A stretch of DNA of 64,000 bases, taken from assembly GCA_028689145.1 (NCBI GenBank), contig JAQTWT010000002.1, forward strand, positions 289,533 through 353,532, written 5' to 3'. The notes below the pieces were generated by a model that had not been told where the DNA came from, made no database searches, and saw nothing but the letters and a program-made list of their open reading frames with translations. Within the stretch, counting starts at the first letter, position 1. Every line of letters begins with the position of its first letter. This document shows positions 49,421-58,853 of the stretch, piece by piece. The DNA is from Gallionella sp. (GTDB lineage: Bacteria > Pseudomonadota > Gammaproteobacteria > Burkholderiales > Gallionellaceae). The translations under genes and the position numbers were made by a program.

Positions 49421-49517
49421 ATTGCATAAGTTTTTTCGCATTTCAAGCAAAGCAAAATCAACACCGCCGGGGGCAGCCTCGCTCAACCGCTGGCAATTGA
49501 CCGCTCGGACATTCCGG

Positions 49518-51680
49518 TCAGGCACTGTCGCCGTGCCGGGCTGCAACAGCGGATTTCCCGTTTGCTTCAATAATGGGCAGCCACTTGCCCAGCACTTTTC
49601 TAAGCTGCATCAGGTCGGACGGTTTGACCAGCAGATCATCCATGCCGGAAGCGTGACAGTGTCCCGCCTCCTCGGCAAGCGCATTGGCTGTCCATGCGAT
49701 GACCGGTATGCGCCGGCGCGACTCTGCTATTTCGCTCCGGCGTATCTCTCTGGCAAGCTCATAGCCGTCCATCTCGGGCATATGGCAATCGGTGATGACC
49801 ATCGCGAAGCGGCCGTCACGCCACATCGACAAAGCGACTTGCCCGTTCTCTGCTGTTTCGGCGCGCAGACCGAGCAGCCTGATCTGGTGTGCCAGCAGCT
49901 TCTGGTTGGTGGTATTGTCGTCCACTGCCAGTACCAGCGGGGCATCCGCGGTATTGGTGAACAGCGGCTTCACATCCCTTTGTCTCACTTCCGGATGCGT
50001 ATTCAGCACGTCCTCTCCCGGTGCGCCGGAAACGGGCAGGGCGAGCGTGATGCTGAAGATGGAGCCCTGCCCAAGCTCGCTTTTTAGTTCGATCTGCCCG
50101 TCCATCATCTCCGCCAAACGGCGGCATATCGCCAAGCCCAAGCCGGTCCCGCCATACATGCGCGCGGTGTCTGCGCTTTCCTGATGGTAGCGCTGGAACA
50201 ATTGTTCCTGAACCTCGCGCGAAATACCTTTGCCGGTGTCTTTGACAGAGAAACGTATGCGATCGCCGCCATCGAGATGGCTCATCAATTCGGCGCGCAC
50301 TTCGATCTCGCCATGTTGCGTGAACTTGATGGCATTGCTGACGAAATTGTTGAGCACCTGCGAAAGGCGCAGAGCATCGACGGTATAGGCCGAATGCAGC
50401 CGGGCATCGGCATGCTGCCAGAGCAGCAAGGTCTTGGCGCTGGCAACACGCGAGTAGGTGTTGACGACATCTTGCAGCATCTGCGTGATCGAAACGGGGT
50501 GAGGAGACAACTCAAGTTTCCCCTCTTCGATTTTCGACCAGTCGAGGATATCGCTGACGATACGCAACAGCCCTCTGCCGGAATCCCAGGCCGCATCCAC
50601 TGTATCCCGCTGCTCGCTATCCAGATCGGTCAACGAAAGCAGTTCCAGCATTCCGAGCATCCCGGTAAGCGGGGTGCGAATCTCATGGCTCATGGTGGCA
50701 AGGAACGAGTCTTTGGCGCTATTGGCCTTCTCGGCAGCCATTTTTAGTTCGTTGAGCGCCTGTTCCTTTGCCTTCGCTTCGCTGACATCATTGATCACCC
50801 ATATTTCACTGCCAGGCTGGCTGTGCGTGTCGAGCGATTTGGCAATCAGATGGCTCCAGAATTCTTCTCCGTCCTGGCGCAACATGCGGGACTCGATGCT
50901 GAACACCCCGTTCTCGGCCAAGCGTTCTCTGGCTGCATCGATCAACGGCAGGTTGCTGTCCGCAGTAGCAAGCAGAGTTTGCAGCGGCGTGCTAATCATC
51001 GCATCCGGCGCTGCGCACCTGAATATCTCGGCCGACTTCGGGTTGGCGCGGACGATGCGGCCATCCACCGAAAACACTATGCCAACCTGTACATTGTCGA
51101 GAATGGACTGCAGTTCCGAGGTGCGCTGCTGCACCCGTTGCTCGAGTTCTTCGTAGACACGAACATTCTCCATGGTCACGGCGGTAATATCCGCGAGCGC
51201 TTGCAGCACCTTGATCTGCTCCGGAGTCGGAAGATGTTGTGTCGCCCAGTAGTTGCCGATCGCGCCGACCGGGTCGATGGTGCGGATCGGCACCATGGCG
51301 AGACTGTGCACAAAAGTCGGACGGTAGGCGTCGGCCGGAATGCGCGGATCGGCATAAATATCCTCGATCACCGCCGGTTGCCGATTGATCATGGCCCAGC
51401 CGCTGATGCAGGTGCTCATCGGAAAACGCTGCCCTTTCCATAGCGGGCTGATGGCATCTTCCTCGGCATAAAAACACTTGCCGTTATCGCGCAGCACAAA
51501 CGTTGCACCATCGGCACCGGTCAATTTGCGCGCCGCATGCCGGACGATATCCATTACCGTAGCCAGATCGCGGGCGAGGGAAAGTTGTTGTACGACCTCA
51601 ACCAATTGCTCCATAGCCTGCGCATACCACAGGCTCGGCGTATCATCTTCCTGACTGACGGTTGCGAGACATTCATGCAT
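49518..51680 (-). CDS. Cytoplasmic hybrid histidine kinase (GAF-PAS-HisKA-HATPase-REC)
   Basis: GAF (DPRIPADAY), PAS, SHEIRTPL, NFVSNAIKFT, DTGKGI, GGTGLGL, receiver VDDN...ITDCHMP...KP; no TM. Confidence 0.93.
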   Translation of the reverse strand: MHECLATVSQEDDTPSLWYAQAMEQLVEVVQQLSLARDLATVMDIVRHAARKLTGADGATFVLRDNGKCFYAEEDAISPLWKGQRFPMSTCISGWAMINRQPAVIEDIYADPRIPADAYRPTFVHSLAMVPIRTIDPVGAIGNYWATQHLPTPEQIKVLQALADITAVTMENVRVYEELEQRVQQRTSELQSILDNVQVGIVFSVDGRIVRANPKSAEIFRCAAPDAMISTPLQTLLATADSNLPLIDAARERLAENGVFSIESRMLRQDGEEFWSHLIAKSLDTHSQPGSEIWVINDVSEAKAKEQALNELKMAAEKANSAKDSFLATMSHEIRTPLTGMLGMLELLSLTDLDSEQRDTVDAAWDSGRGLLRIVSDILDWSKIEEGKLELSPHPVSITQMLQDVVNTYSRVASAKTLLLWQHADARLHSAYTVDALRLSQVLNNFVSNAIKFTQHGEIEVRAELMSHLDGGDRIRFSVKDTGKGISREVQEQLFQRYHQESADTARMYGGTGLGLAICRRLAEMMDGQIELKSELGQGSIFSITLALPVSGAPGEDVLNTHPEVRQRDVKPLFTNTADAPLVLAVDDNTTNQKLLAHQIRLLGLRAETAENGQVALSMWRDGRFAMVITDCHMPEMDGYELAREIRRSEIAESRRRIPVIAWTANALAEEAGHCHASGMDDLLVKPSDLMQLRKVLGKWLPIIEANGKSAVAARHGDSA

Positions 51681-51895
51681 GGCAGCCCCCCAGATAGTCG
51701 ACTATCTTCGCTCCGCTTGCACCGGAACATCGAGTGTTGATTTGCAACCTTATCAACCGCTATCCGCTCTCGCAATATGCCAAAATATCTAGATAATTCG
51801 ACATAGGTGTTTATCTGACAATCTGCATGAAGTGATAGTGCGTAAGGAAGGTATGTTGGAATGTGCCTTGCGCAGTTTTTCGCCGGAAGCCGCAC

Positions 51896-51949
51896 GTAGG
51901 TTGGGTTGAGCCCTTCGATAAACTCAGGGCAGGCTCCGCGATACCCAAC
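51896..51949 (+). repeat. GTAG REP with a CTTCGA..CTCAGGGC element inserted in its loop
   Basis: GTAGGTTGGGTTGAG[CCCTTCGATAAACTCAGGGCAGGCTCC]GCGATACCCAAC. Confidence 0.7.
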
Positions 51950-51980
51950 ATCAAAATCAACACCGCCTGAGATACAACTA

Positions 51981-52019
51981 CTCCCTCTCCCCTCGCGGGA
52001 GAGGGTTGGGGAGAGGGGG
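51981..52019. repeat. CCCTCTCCC-family palindrome (intergenic copy)
   Basis: CTCCCTCTCCCCTCGCGGGAGAGGGTTGGGGAGAGGG, near-identical to the copies at 56113 and 57057. Confidence 0.85.
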
Positions 52020-52021
52020 GT

Positions 52022-52292
52022 AAATCAACACCGCCGGGGGTAGCCCGGCAGCTAGTCACTTTTTCTTGCTTCGCCAAAGAAAAAGTAACCAAAAAGAAGG
52101 CGCCCCCGGTTTGCCGCCCCTGCGGGGTTCCCTCGATCAACTGCAAGCAAGCGGGGCTGCGGAACTCGCGCTATGCGCTCAGACAGTCCTCGCCTAAACC
52201 TCCGCCTGCTTGCAGTTGATCGAGGCGGCGCTCAGGGGAGGAAAATCAAAACCCAAAAGCAAAGGCATGGTGAGCTGTGCTCACCATGCCTT
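52022..52292 (+). mobile_element. Structured ~250-bp dispersed element, left copy (MITE-like or ncRNA-like)
   Basis: AAATCAACACCGCCGGGGG start, ACTTTTTCTTGCTTCGCCAAAGAAAAAGT hairpin, long stem, A-rich tail, terminal 14-bp perfect palindrome; inverted homologue at 53278-53549. Confidence 0.7.
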
Positions 52293-52312
52293 GAAATTAA
52301 ATGCGATGCTAA

Positions 52313-53194
52313 CTATTCAAATTCTTTGAAAAAGTCATGATTGATATCAAAAACAACTCTTGGAGTCAGCCCGAATTTAAGCTTTTCGAACATCGATACC
52401 AACTTTTCACCATCAACCAATTCTATGGGGGGTACGCCGTCCCGAACGGCCTCATTTTTTGCATCTTGGGTAAACCGTCCGGTAGTGATGATTATTCCCT
52501 TATCGGCTCTCCCCGCCATCGCTCCCCTAAAGTCCCTTACCTTGTCAGTAGAAACAACCTCCTTGTATCTCTTCGACTGAAAAAGGACTTTGAAACTCAT
52601 CAGTGGGTTCAGTTCCAAAACTCCATATCCATCAATTCCACCGTCTCCCGATTTCCCTGTAACTTTTACATGCGAAAACCCCGATTCACGAAGCAGCCGT
52701 TGGCATAACCGCTCAAATCCTTCTGGTGGAAGCTGCTTCAAAATTTCAAGAACCTGCACGCGATAGTTCTCGTCTTCTACTTTTTCTTCTATCTCTTCAT
52801 CTATTCCAAATGATATATGTGTGTCTGTTGAGGACGCTACTTTCTTCTTGTCAAAGATGCCATGCGTCTTCGAAAAAAATTCGCTAGGCTTCTCAAGGTC
52901 AATTAAATCTAAGTAATTTGGCTTCAATATCCAAACTCCACGTTTAGTGGAATCAAGCACACCACCTTTAACCAAATAGAACCTGGCCCACGCAATTCGG
53001 TTTTTTACCGTTGAGCCACCATTTTTATTTCTTAACTCAAGCTCTTCTTCAGAAATGTTATAGCGCTCAATAATCAGATCCGTAACTTCAGCAGGATTAC
53101 CTGAGCCACCCAATTCCCGAAGAATCTCAATAATTGGAACAAAGTACTTTGTGAAATCGGGGCCTTTTATATGTTTTAGTGCTTTCTTTGCCAT
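52313..53194 (-). CDS. mrr: Mrr-family (type IV-like) restriction endonuclease
   Basis: Mrr N-terminal wHTH (LRELGGSG...NRIAWAR.YL.K.G), catalytic GDGGIDG...FQSKRY, VRDFRG, LVDGEKL; AT-rich. Confidence 0.92.
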   Translation of the reverse strand: MAKKALKHIKGPDFTKYFVPIIEILRELGGSGNPAEVTDLIIERYNISEEELELRNKNGGSTVKNRIAWARFYLVKGGVLDSTKRGVWILKPNYLDLIDLEKPSEFFSKTHGIFDKKKVASSTDTHISFGIDEEIEEKVEDENYRVQVLEILKQLPPEGFERLCQRLLRESGFSHVKVTGKSGDGGIDGYGVLELNPLMSFKVLFQSKRYKEVVSTDKVRDFRGAMAGRADKGIIITTGRFTQDAKNEAVRDGVPPIELVDGEKLVSMFEKLKFGLTPRVVFDINHDFFKEFE

Positions 53195-53277
53195 TTCAAA
53201 TTTCCTTTATGAGTCTTGCGGAAGGCTCCAATGTACCGGAGTCGAATTGTTTTTGCTATCTGCCTCAATGATGTGGC

Positions 53278-53549
53278 GGGCAACTTGTTGCCCATCTGGT
53301 TTTAAGGTTTTTGATTTTTGTTTTACCTCCCCTGAGCGCCGCCGAGTAGCGCAGGCGGGTCAGGGGATTTCGGCGAGGACTGTCTGAGCGCGCAGCGCGA
53401 GTTCCGCAGCCGCCTGACCAGTCGAGCAACGCAGGGAACCCGAAGGGCGGCAAACCGGGGTCGCCTTTTCTTTGGTTACTTTCTTTTTGGCGAAGCAAAA
53501 GAAAGTAACTAGCTGCCGGGCTACCCCCGGCGGTGTTGATGTTGATTTT
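53278..53549 (-). mobile_element. Structured ~250-bp dispersed element, right copy (inverted)
   Basis: Reverse complement matches the left copy over the first ~110 nt and the GGAACTCGCGCT..GCGCTCAGACAGTCCTCGCC core; ends in an A-rich tail and GGGCAAC-aa-GTTGCCC. Confidence 0.7.
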
Positions 53550-53565
53550 GATCTACGTTCAAGCA

Positions 53566-53591
53566 CCCTTCGACAGGCTCAGGGCGAACGG
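53566..53591 (+). repeat. CTTCGACAGGCTCAG-family repeat
   Basis: CCCTTCGACAGGCTCAGGGCGAACGG; related copies at 51911 and 55283-55379. Confidence 0.75.
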
Positions 53592-53607
53592 TGAACGAAA
53601 TAAAAAC

Positions 53608-54660
53608 CTAAATCTTCCCCGATACTGCCGCCTCGGCAAACGTCGCCATCCCGTTATGCAATGCACACGCCAGTTGCAGCATCGGCACCGCCATCGCCGC
53701 ACCGCTGCCCTCTCCCAGCCGCATGCCGAGTTGCAGCAGCGGTTGCGCGTTGAGTGCGGCGAGCACGCACTGATGGCCAGGTTCGGCGGAGGTGTGCGCG
53801 AAGATCAGCCAGCTGCTGACATGCGGGTTGAAGCGCACCGCGACCAGCGCGGCAACCGAGCTGATGAAGCCGTCCACCAGCACCGGGATGCCGTTTTGCG
53901 CGGCGGCCAGATACGCGCCGGTCAATGCGGCGATTTCGAAGCCGCCCAGATGGCGCAATACGTCGAGCGGTTGCGTCAGGTTGGCCTGATGCAGGTTCAG
54001 CGCGCGTTGGATCACGATGGCTTTGTGCGCCACGCCGTGGTTGTCCAGCCCGGTGCCGGGGCCAGCCAGCAGCTGCGGCGATTCATGCAATATTGCGCAG
54101 GCGATGGCGCTGGCCGAGGTGGTGTTGGCGATACCCATTTCGCCGCCGATGAACAGTTGCGCACCATCCTGTTTGGCGCGCAACAGCGCGGCCCGCCCGG
54201 CTTGCAATGCGGCGGCCAGTTGCGCTTCGGTCATTGCCGAGTCGCGCGCAAAATTGGCGGTGCCTGCCGCGATGCGTTCATCGCGCACGTTGGTCAACGG
54301 TTCGACCGGCGCTACCGTGCCGAGGTTGACGACTTCCAGCGTGGCGTTCAGGCGTTTGGCTAGCACGCTGATCGCCGCGCCGCCGCGCGCAAAGTTGCGC
54401 ACCATTTCGGCGGTGACGGCCTGCGGGAAGGCTGATACGCCTTCTGCCGCGACACCGTGATCGGCGGCGAAGATGCTGATATAGGCGCGCTCCAGCTGCG
54501 GCTTTTCGCTGCCCTGCATCGCGGCCAGTTGCACCGCGATGGCTTCCAGCCTGCCCAGCGAGCCGGGCGGTTTGGTGAGTTGTCCCTGCCGTGCCAGCGC
54601 CGCTGCGCGCGAAGTTTCGTTCAATACGGCACAGGGTTGTACCAGCCAATCGGTGTTCAT
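53608..54660 (-). CDS. cobT: Nicotinate-nucleotide dimethylbenzimidazole phosphoribosyltransferase
   Basis: [46 protein letters not shown]. Confidence 0.97.
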   Translation of the reverse strand: MNTDWLVQPCAVLNETSRAAALARQGQLTKPPGSLGRLEAIAVQLAAMQGSEKPQLERAYISIFAADHGVAAEGVSAFPQAVTAEMVRNFARGGAAISVLAKRLNATLEVVNLGTVAPVEPLTNVRDERIAAGTANFARDSAMTEAQLAAALQAGRAALLRAKQDGAQLFIGGEMGIANTTSASAIACAILHESPQLLAGPGTGLDNHGVAHKAIVIQRALNLHQANLTQPLDVLRHLGGFEIAALTGAYLAAAQNGIPVLVDGFISSVAALVAVRFNPHVSSWLIFAHTSAEPGHQCVLAALNAQPLLQLGMRLGEGSGAAMAVPMLQLACALHNGMATFAEAAVSGKI

Positions 54661-54695
54661 ATTCTCTCCTTGAAAAACGTGTAATTATTTTTTAT

Positions 54696-54720
54696 TAGTC
54701 GTGCGCACAGCGCACGCTAC
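54696..54720 (-). repeat. Single GTAG-tagged REP
   Basis: Minus strand GTAGCGTGCGCTGTGCGCACGACTA, between cobU and cobT. Confidence 0.65.
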
Positions 54721-54724
54721 ATTG

Positions 54725-55243
54725 TTACGGTGATCCTTTTACCGCCAGCGGTAATCCTGCCACCATCAGCGTCACGCGCTCGCACAATGCGGCGATCTGC
54801 TGGTGTAATCGCCCGGCTTCATCGCAGTAACGGCGCGACAATTCGCCCATCGGCACGATGCCCATGTTGGTCTCGTTGCTGACCAGAATGATCTGTCCGG
54901 GCAGTTGCGGCAGCGCTTCCAGCAGTGCGGCACACTCGCGCTGCAACTCCGCTTCGCTGGCATCGCACAGCAGTTGCGTCAGCCATAGCGTCACGCAATC
55001 CACCAGTATGCAACGCTGCGCGCCGGCTTCGCGTTGCAGCACTTCGGCCAGATTCTGTCCGGCTTCTACCGATAGCCAATGATCCGGTCGGCGTGCCTGA
55101 TGTTCCGCGACGCGCCGCTGCATCTCCGCATCGCGTACCTGTGCGGTAGCGACATATACCACCTGCAAGCCGGAAGCCTGCGCGCGCTGTTCCGCCAGAC
55201 GGCTCTTGCCGGAGCGCACGCCACCGAGGATTAGTTCGCGCAT
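54725..55243 (-). CDS. cobU: Adenosylcobinamide kinase/guanylyltransferase
   Basis: LGGVRSGKS, YVATA...D.EM..RV..HQ.RRP..W, VDCVTLW, VSNETNMG, MVAGLP. Confidence 0.96.
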   Translation of the reverse strand: MRELILGGVRSGKSRLAEQRAQASGLQVVYVATAQVRDAEMQRRVAEHQARRPDHWLSVEAGQNLAEVLQREAGAQRCILVDCVTLWLTQLLCDASEAELQRECAALLEALPQLPGQIILVSNETNMGIVPMGELSRRYCDEAGRLHQQIAALCERVTLMVAGLPLAVKGSP

Positions 55244-55282
55244 GATGTTTTTCCTGATTCAATACTGTTCATTTAAGAATAT

Positions 55283-55379
55283 CCGTTCGCCCTGACCCTT
55301 CGACTTTGCTCAGGACTAAAGGCTTTGTCGAAGGGCTTTGGGTGAGTAGCAGGTGGTTCGACAGGCTTACCACGAACGG
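55283..55379. repeat. CTTCGACAGGCTCA-family doublet with a nested copy
   Basis: CCGTTCGCCCTGA[CCCTTCGACTTTGCTCAGGACTAAAGGC]TTTGTCGAAGGG ... GGTTCGACAGGCTTACCACGAACGG. Confidence 0.7.
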
Positions 55380-55397
55380 TTAAGTGAGACTGCTGCT

Positions 55398-56870
55398 TCA
55401 TAATCCGAATAACTGCCGCAGTTGTTTACCATCCAGATGCTGTTCCACCGCATCGGCGAGCCGGTCGATGTCGGTTTCGCGGCGTGCATGATAATCCGGC
55501 GTGGCCACTTCGCGTAGTCCCGCCCAGCGCAACAGCGCGTCGGTCGCCTGCCGCGATTCGAACAGGCCGTGCAGATAGCTGGCGAGAATTTGCCCGTCAT
55601 CCGAGATTGCGCCATCCGCACCGTGTTCGAGTTGCACGGCCGGATGTTGCAGCGCGCGGCCTGTGGTAACCCCGGCGTGTATCTCGTAACCCGTTACCGG
55701 CGCGCCTTCCAGCGTCAGTGTGCCGCGCACGTTGCGCAGTTGTTTTTCCGCTTCCAGCGTGGTGTTCAGTTCCAGCAGGCCGAGTCCGGCGCTGCTGCCG
55801 GTGTCGCCTTCCAGCCCGAGCGGGTCGTGGAGTTTCTGTCCCAGCATCTGCAAACCGCCGCAGATGCCGATCAGTTTTCCGCCGTAGCGCAGATGGCGCT
55901 GTATTGCGGCTTCCCAGCCCGCCTTGCGCAGGCTGGCCAGATCGTTGCGCACCGCTTTGCTGCCCGGCAGGATGATCAGGTCGGCATCGGGAATCGCCGC
56001 GCCCATCGCGACGAAGCTGAACTCGATCTGCGGATGCAGGCGCAGCGGATCGAAGTCGGTGTGGTTGCTGATATGCGGCAGGGTGGGGACGATTACGCGC
56101 AGTTTGTTTTTACTCCCTCTCCCGCTTGCGGGAGAGGGTTGGGGAGAGGGTGGCACCGCATCTTCCGCTTCCAGATGAAAATCGTGCAAATACGGCAGTA
56201 CGCCGAGCACCGGTTTTCCGGTGCGCTGCTCCAGCCAGTCCAGCCCCGGCTGCAACAGCGCCAGATCGCCGCGAAAACGGTTGATGACGAAACCCGCCAC
56301 GCGCGCCTGTTCGCTTGGCGTGAGTAATTCCAGTGTGCCGACCAGATGGGCGAATACGCCGCCTTTGTCGATGTCGCCGATCAGGATCACCGGGCAATCC
56401 ACCGCTTCGGCGAAGCCCATGTTGGCGATGTCGTTCTCGCGCAGGTTGATTTCGGCGGGACTGCCCGCGCCTTCCACGACGATCACTTGATATTGATCGC
56501 TCAGGCGGCGGTGCGATGCCAGCACCGCCGCGCGCGCGGTGCTTTTGTACTGGTGATATTCCAGCGCTTCCATGTTGCCGATGGCGTGGCCGTGAATGAT
56601 GACCTGCGCGCCGGTGTCGCTGTTCGGTTTGAGCAGCACCGGATTCATATCGGTGTGCGGCGCGAGGCGCGCGGCCTGCGCCTGCACCGCCTGCGCGCGA
56701 CCGATCTCGCCGCCGTCGCCGGTGACTGCGCTGTTCAGCGCCATGTTCTGCGGCTTGAACGGCACGACGCGCACATCCTGACGCACCAGCCAGCGGCAGA
56801 GCGCAGCGACCAGCGTACTCTTGCCGGCATCGGAAGTGGTGCCCTGCACCATCACGGTTGTGGCGTTCAT
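55398..56870 (-). CDS. cobQ: Cobyric acid synthase
   Basis: [65 protein letters not shown]. Confidence 0.97.
   Translation of the reverse strand: MNATTVMVQGTTSDAGKSTLVAALCRWLVRQDVRVVPFKPQNMALNSAVTGDGGEIGRAQAVQAQAARLAPHTDMNPVLLKPNSDTGAQVIIHGHAIGNMEALEYHQYKSTARAAVLASHRRLSDQYQVIVVEGAGSPAEINLRENDIANMGFAEAVDCPVILIGDIDKGGVFAHLVGTLELLTPSEQARVAGFVINRFRGDLALLQPGLDWLEQRTGKPVLGVLPYLHDFHLEAEDAVPPSPQPSPASGRGSKNKLRVIVPTLPHISNHTDFDPLRLHPQIEFSFVAMGAAIPDADLIILPGSKAVRNDLASLRKAGWEAAIQRHLRYGGKLIGICGGLQMLGQKLHDPLGLEGDTGSSAGLGLLELNTTLEAEKQLRNVRGTLTLEGAPVTGYEIHAGVTTGRALQHPAVQLEHGADGAISDDGQILASYLHGLFESRQATDALLRWAGLREVATPDYHARRETDIDRLADAVEQHLDGKQLRQLFGL
56113..56150. repeat. CCCTCTCCC-family palindrome translated inside cobQ
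   Basis: Encodes [13 protein letters not shown] between HLEAEDAV and KLRVIVP. Confidence 0.88.
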
Positions 56871-57895
56871 CGTTCGATCCGGTTCAGCGCTTCAGCCAGG
56901 CGCGCCCACTGCGCCTCATCGCGCGGCAAGCCAAAGCGCACGCTGTGCGGTGCGTCATACAAACGGGTCAGGATGCCCTGTTGCGCCAGTTGCTTGTGCA
57001 CGTTCGCGGCATCCGCGCAGCACACCCACTGGAACAGGCTGTTGCCGCCAGAATTTCTCCCCTCTCCCGCTTGCGGGAGAGGGGCTGGGGGAGAGGGTGA
57101 GATTAAACCATGCGTGCGCAGCAGTTCCGCCAGACGTTGCGCTGCCAGCGGCAGCGCTTTGCGAGTCGCGTCCTGCCAAGCCGTATCACACAACGCCAGT
57201 GTCGCGACATGGCGCGACGGTGCGGCGATTGTCCACGGCCCGAGCAACTCGGCGAGCGGATGCAATACCGTTTTTTCCGCCAGCACGAAACCGACCCGCG
57301 CCCCCGCCAGCCCGAAAAATTTGCCGAGCGAACGCAGCACGATCAGGCCGGGAAGCGGGCAGAGCGAAGCGAGGCTGTGTTCGGGTGTGGCATCGATGAA
57401 CGCTTCGTCCACCACCAGCCAGCCGTTGCGCGCTGCCAGACTCGTATGCATGCCGAGCAATTCATCGCGGCCGAACAGTTTGCCGGTGGGGTTGTTCGGG
57501 TTGATGATGACCACGACTTGTGCGGTTTCGGCGGCGCGCTGAATCTCCGCCGCAGGAACCGTGCTGACACGGTGACCGTTGCGCCGCCAGGCATGTGCGT
57601 GTTCCGCATAACTGGGTGCGACAAGTGCTACCTGTGCGGCCGGGAGCAGCATCGGCAGCGCCTGGATTGCCGCCTGCGAACCGGCCACCGCCAGCAATTT
57701 TGTCGTGCCGTAATAATCTTGCGCGGCGGCCTCCAGCCCGTCATCGTCCTGCGGCAGGCGTTGCCAGATTTCGTCCGGTATGGCGGGTACCGGCCAGCCG
57801 TCCGGGTTGATGCCGGTGGACAAATCCAGCCAGTCGTTTTCGGGAATGCCGTATTGCCGCGCCGCGCGACGCAGCCTGCCGCCGTGTTCAAGCAT
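56867..57895 (-). CDS. cobD: Threonine-phosphate decarboxylase (PLP-dependent; CobD in Salmonella naming, CobC in Pseudomonas denitrificans naming)
   Basis: [48 protein letters not shown]. Confidence 0.92.
   Translation of the reverse strand: MLEHGGRLRRAARQYGIPENDWLDLSTGINPDGWPVPAIPDEIWQRLPQDDDGLEAAAQDYYGTTKLLAVAGSQAAIQALPMLLPAAQVALVAPSYAEHAHAWRRNGHRVSTVPAAEIQRAAETAQVVVIINPNNPTGKLFGRDELLGMHTSLAARNGWLVVDEAFIDATPEHSLASLCPLPGLIVLRSLGKFFGLAGARVGFVLAEKTVLHPLAELLGPWTIAAPSRHVATLALCDTAWQDATRKALPLAAQRLAELLRTHGLISPSPPAPLPQAGEGRNSGGNSLFQWVCCADAANVHKQLAQQGILTRLYDAPHSVRFGLPRDEAQWARLAEALNRIER
57057..57097. repeat. CCCTCTCCC-family palindrome translated inside cobD
   Basis: Encodes [15 protein letters not shown] between LRTHGLI and [11 protein letters not shown]. 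Confidence 0.88.
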
Positions 57896-58853
57896 GTTGC
57901 CATCCTGTTATCAACAACGCTCCCAGCGTAATGACGATCAGCCAGGCATATAGCGTGTGGCGCACCAGCTGCACGGCGCGCGCAATGTCGGCCGCCCCGG
58001 CGGCCATGCCGCAGCCGAGCGCCGGGCGCTGTTCCACCGCGCCGTGGTAGATCGCCGCGCCGCCGAGTTGCACGCGCAACGCGCCCGCACCGGATGCCAT
58101 CACCGGCCCGGCGTTCGGGCTGTCCCAGCCTGGTGCCTGCTGCCGCCAGCAGCGCAGCGCGCTGCGCGTGTGCCCGAGTAGCGCGTAGCTTAAGGCAGTC
58201 AGGCGTGACGGGATGAAATTCAATACGTCGTCGAGCCGCGCCGCCGCCCAGCCGAAATAGTTGTAGCGCGCGTTGCGGTAGCCCCACATCGCATCCAGCG
58301 TATTGCTCAGGCGATACAGCAATACGCCCGGCGCACCGGCCAGCACAAACCAGAACAGCGCGGCGAAAATCGCATCGTTGCCGTTTTCCAGCACCGATTC
58401 CACCGTGGCGCGCGCCACGCCGGATTCGTCCAATTGGCTGGTGTCGCGGCTGACTAGATAGCTCACCTGCTGGCGCGCATCGGGCAGATTGCCGGCAGAA
58501 AAAGCGTCCGCCACGCGCGCGGCGTGTTCGCTCAGGCTGCGCGGCGCGATGGCGAAATACAGCAGGATTATGGAGAGCAGCGTGCCGAAGATCGCGAGCT
58601 GTTGCAGCAGCGCGGCGAGTGCCACCAGCGGGATCAGTAATGCGCAGACCGAGATGATGCCGCGCAGGTAGTGCATTGCGGGGGAGGCATCGGCTGTTCC
58701 ATAAAATATTTTTTCGATGCGCCGCGCCAGATTGCCGAAGCCGACCAGCGGATGGAAACGGTGCGGCTCACCCAGCCACCGGTCGAGCAGTACCGCCGCC
58801 AATATCATCAGCGGTATCGCCAGATCATTTAATAATTGCGTTGCCTGCATCAT
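57888..58853 (-). CDS. cbiB: Adenosylcobinamide-phosphate synthase CbiB
   Basis: LD..LGEP..FHPLVGFG, VSRDT..L, VESVLEN.ND, YRLSNTLDAMWGY, ARLDDVLNFIPSRL, SPNAG; start at 58853 is ATGA-coupled to bluB. Confidence 0.95.
   Translation of the reverse strand: MMQATQLLNDLAIPLMILAAVLLDRWLGEPHRFHPLVGFGNLARRIEKIFYGTADASPAMHYLRGIISVCALLIPLVALAALLQQLAIFGTLLSIILLYFAIAPRSLSEHAARVADAFSAGNLPDARQQVSYLVSRDTSQLDESGVARATVESVLENGNDAIFAALFWFVLAGAPGVLLYRLSNTLDAMWGYRNARYNYFGWAAARLDDVLNFIPSRLTALSYALLGHTRSALRCWRQQAPGWDSPNAGPVMASGAGALRVQLGGAAIYHGAVEQRPALGCGMAAGAADIARAVQLVRHTLYAWLIVITLGALLITGWQHA

Noticed and set aside
51811-52146. ORFs reading through the repeat stack (FLVTFSLAKQEKVT; also 53265-53566)
   Set aside because: These are translations of non-coding palindromic elements, not genes.
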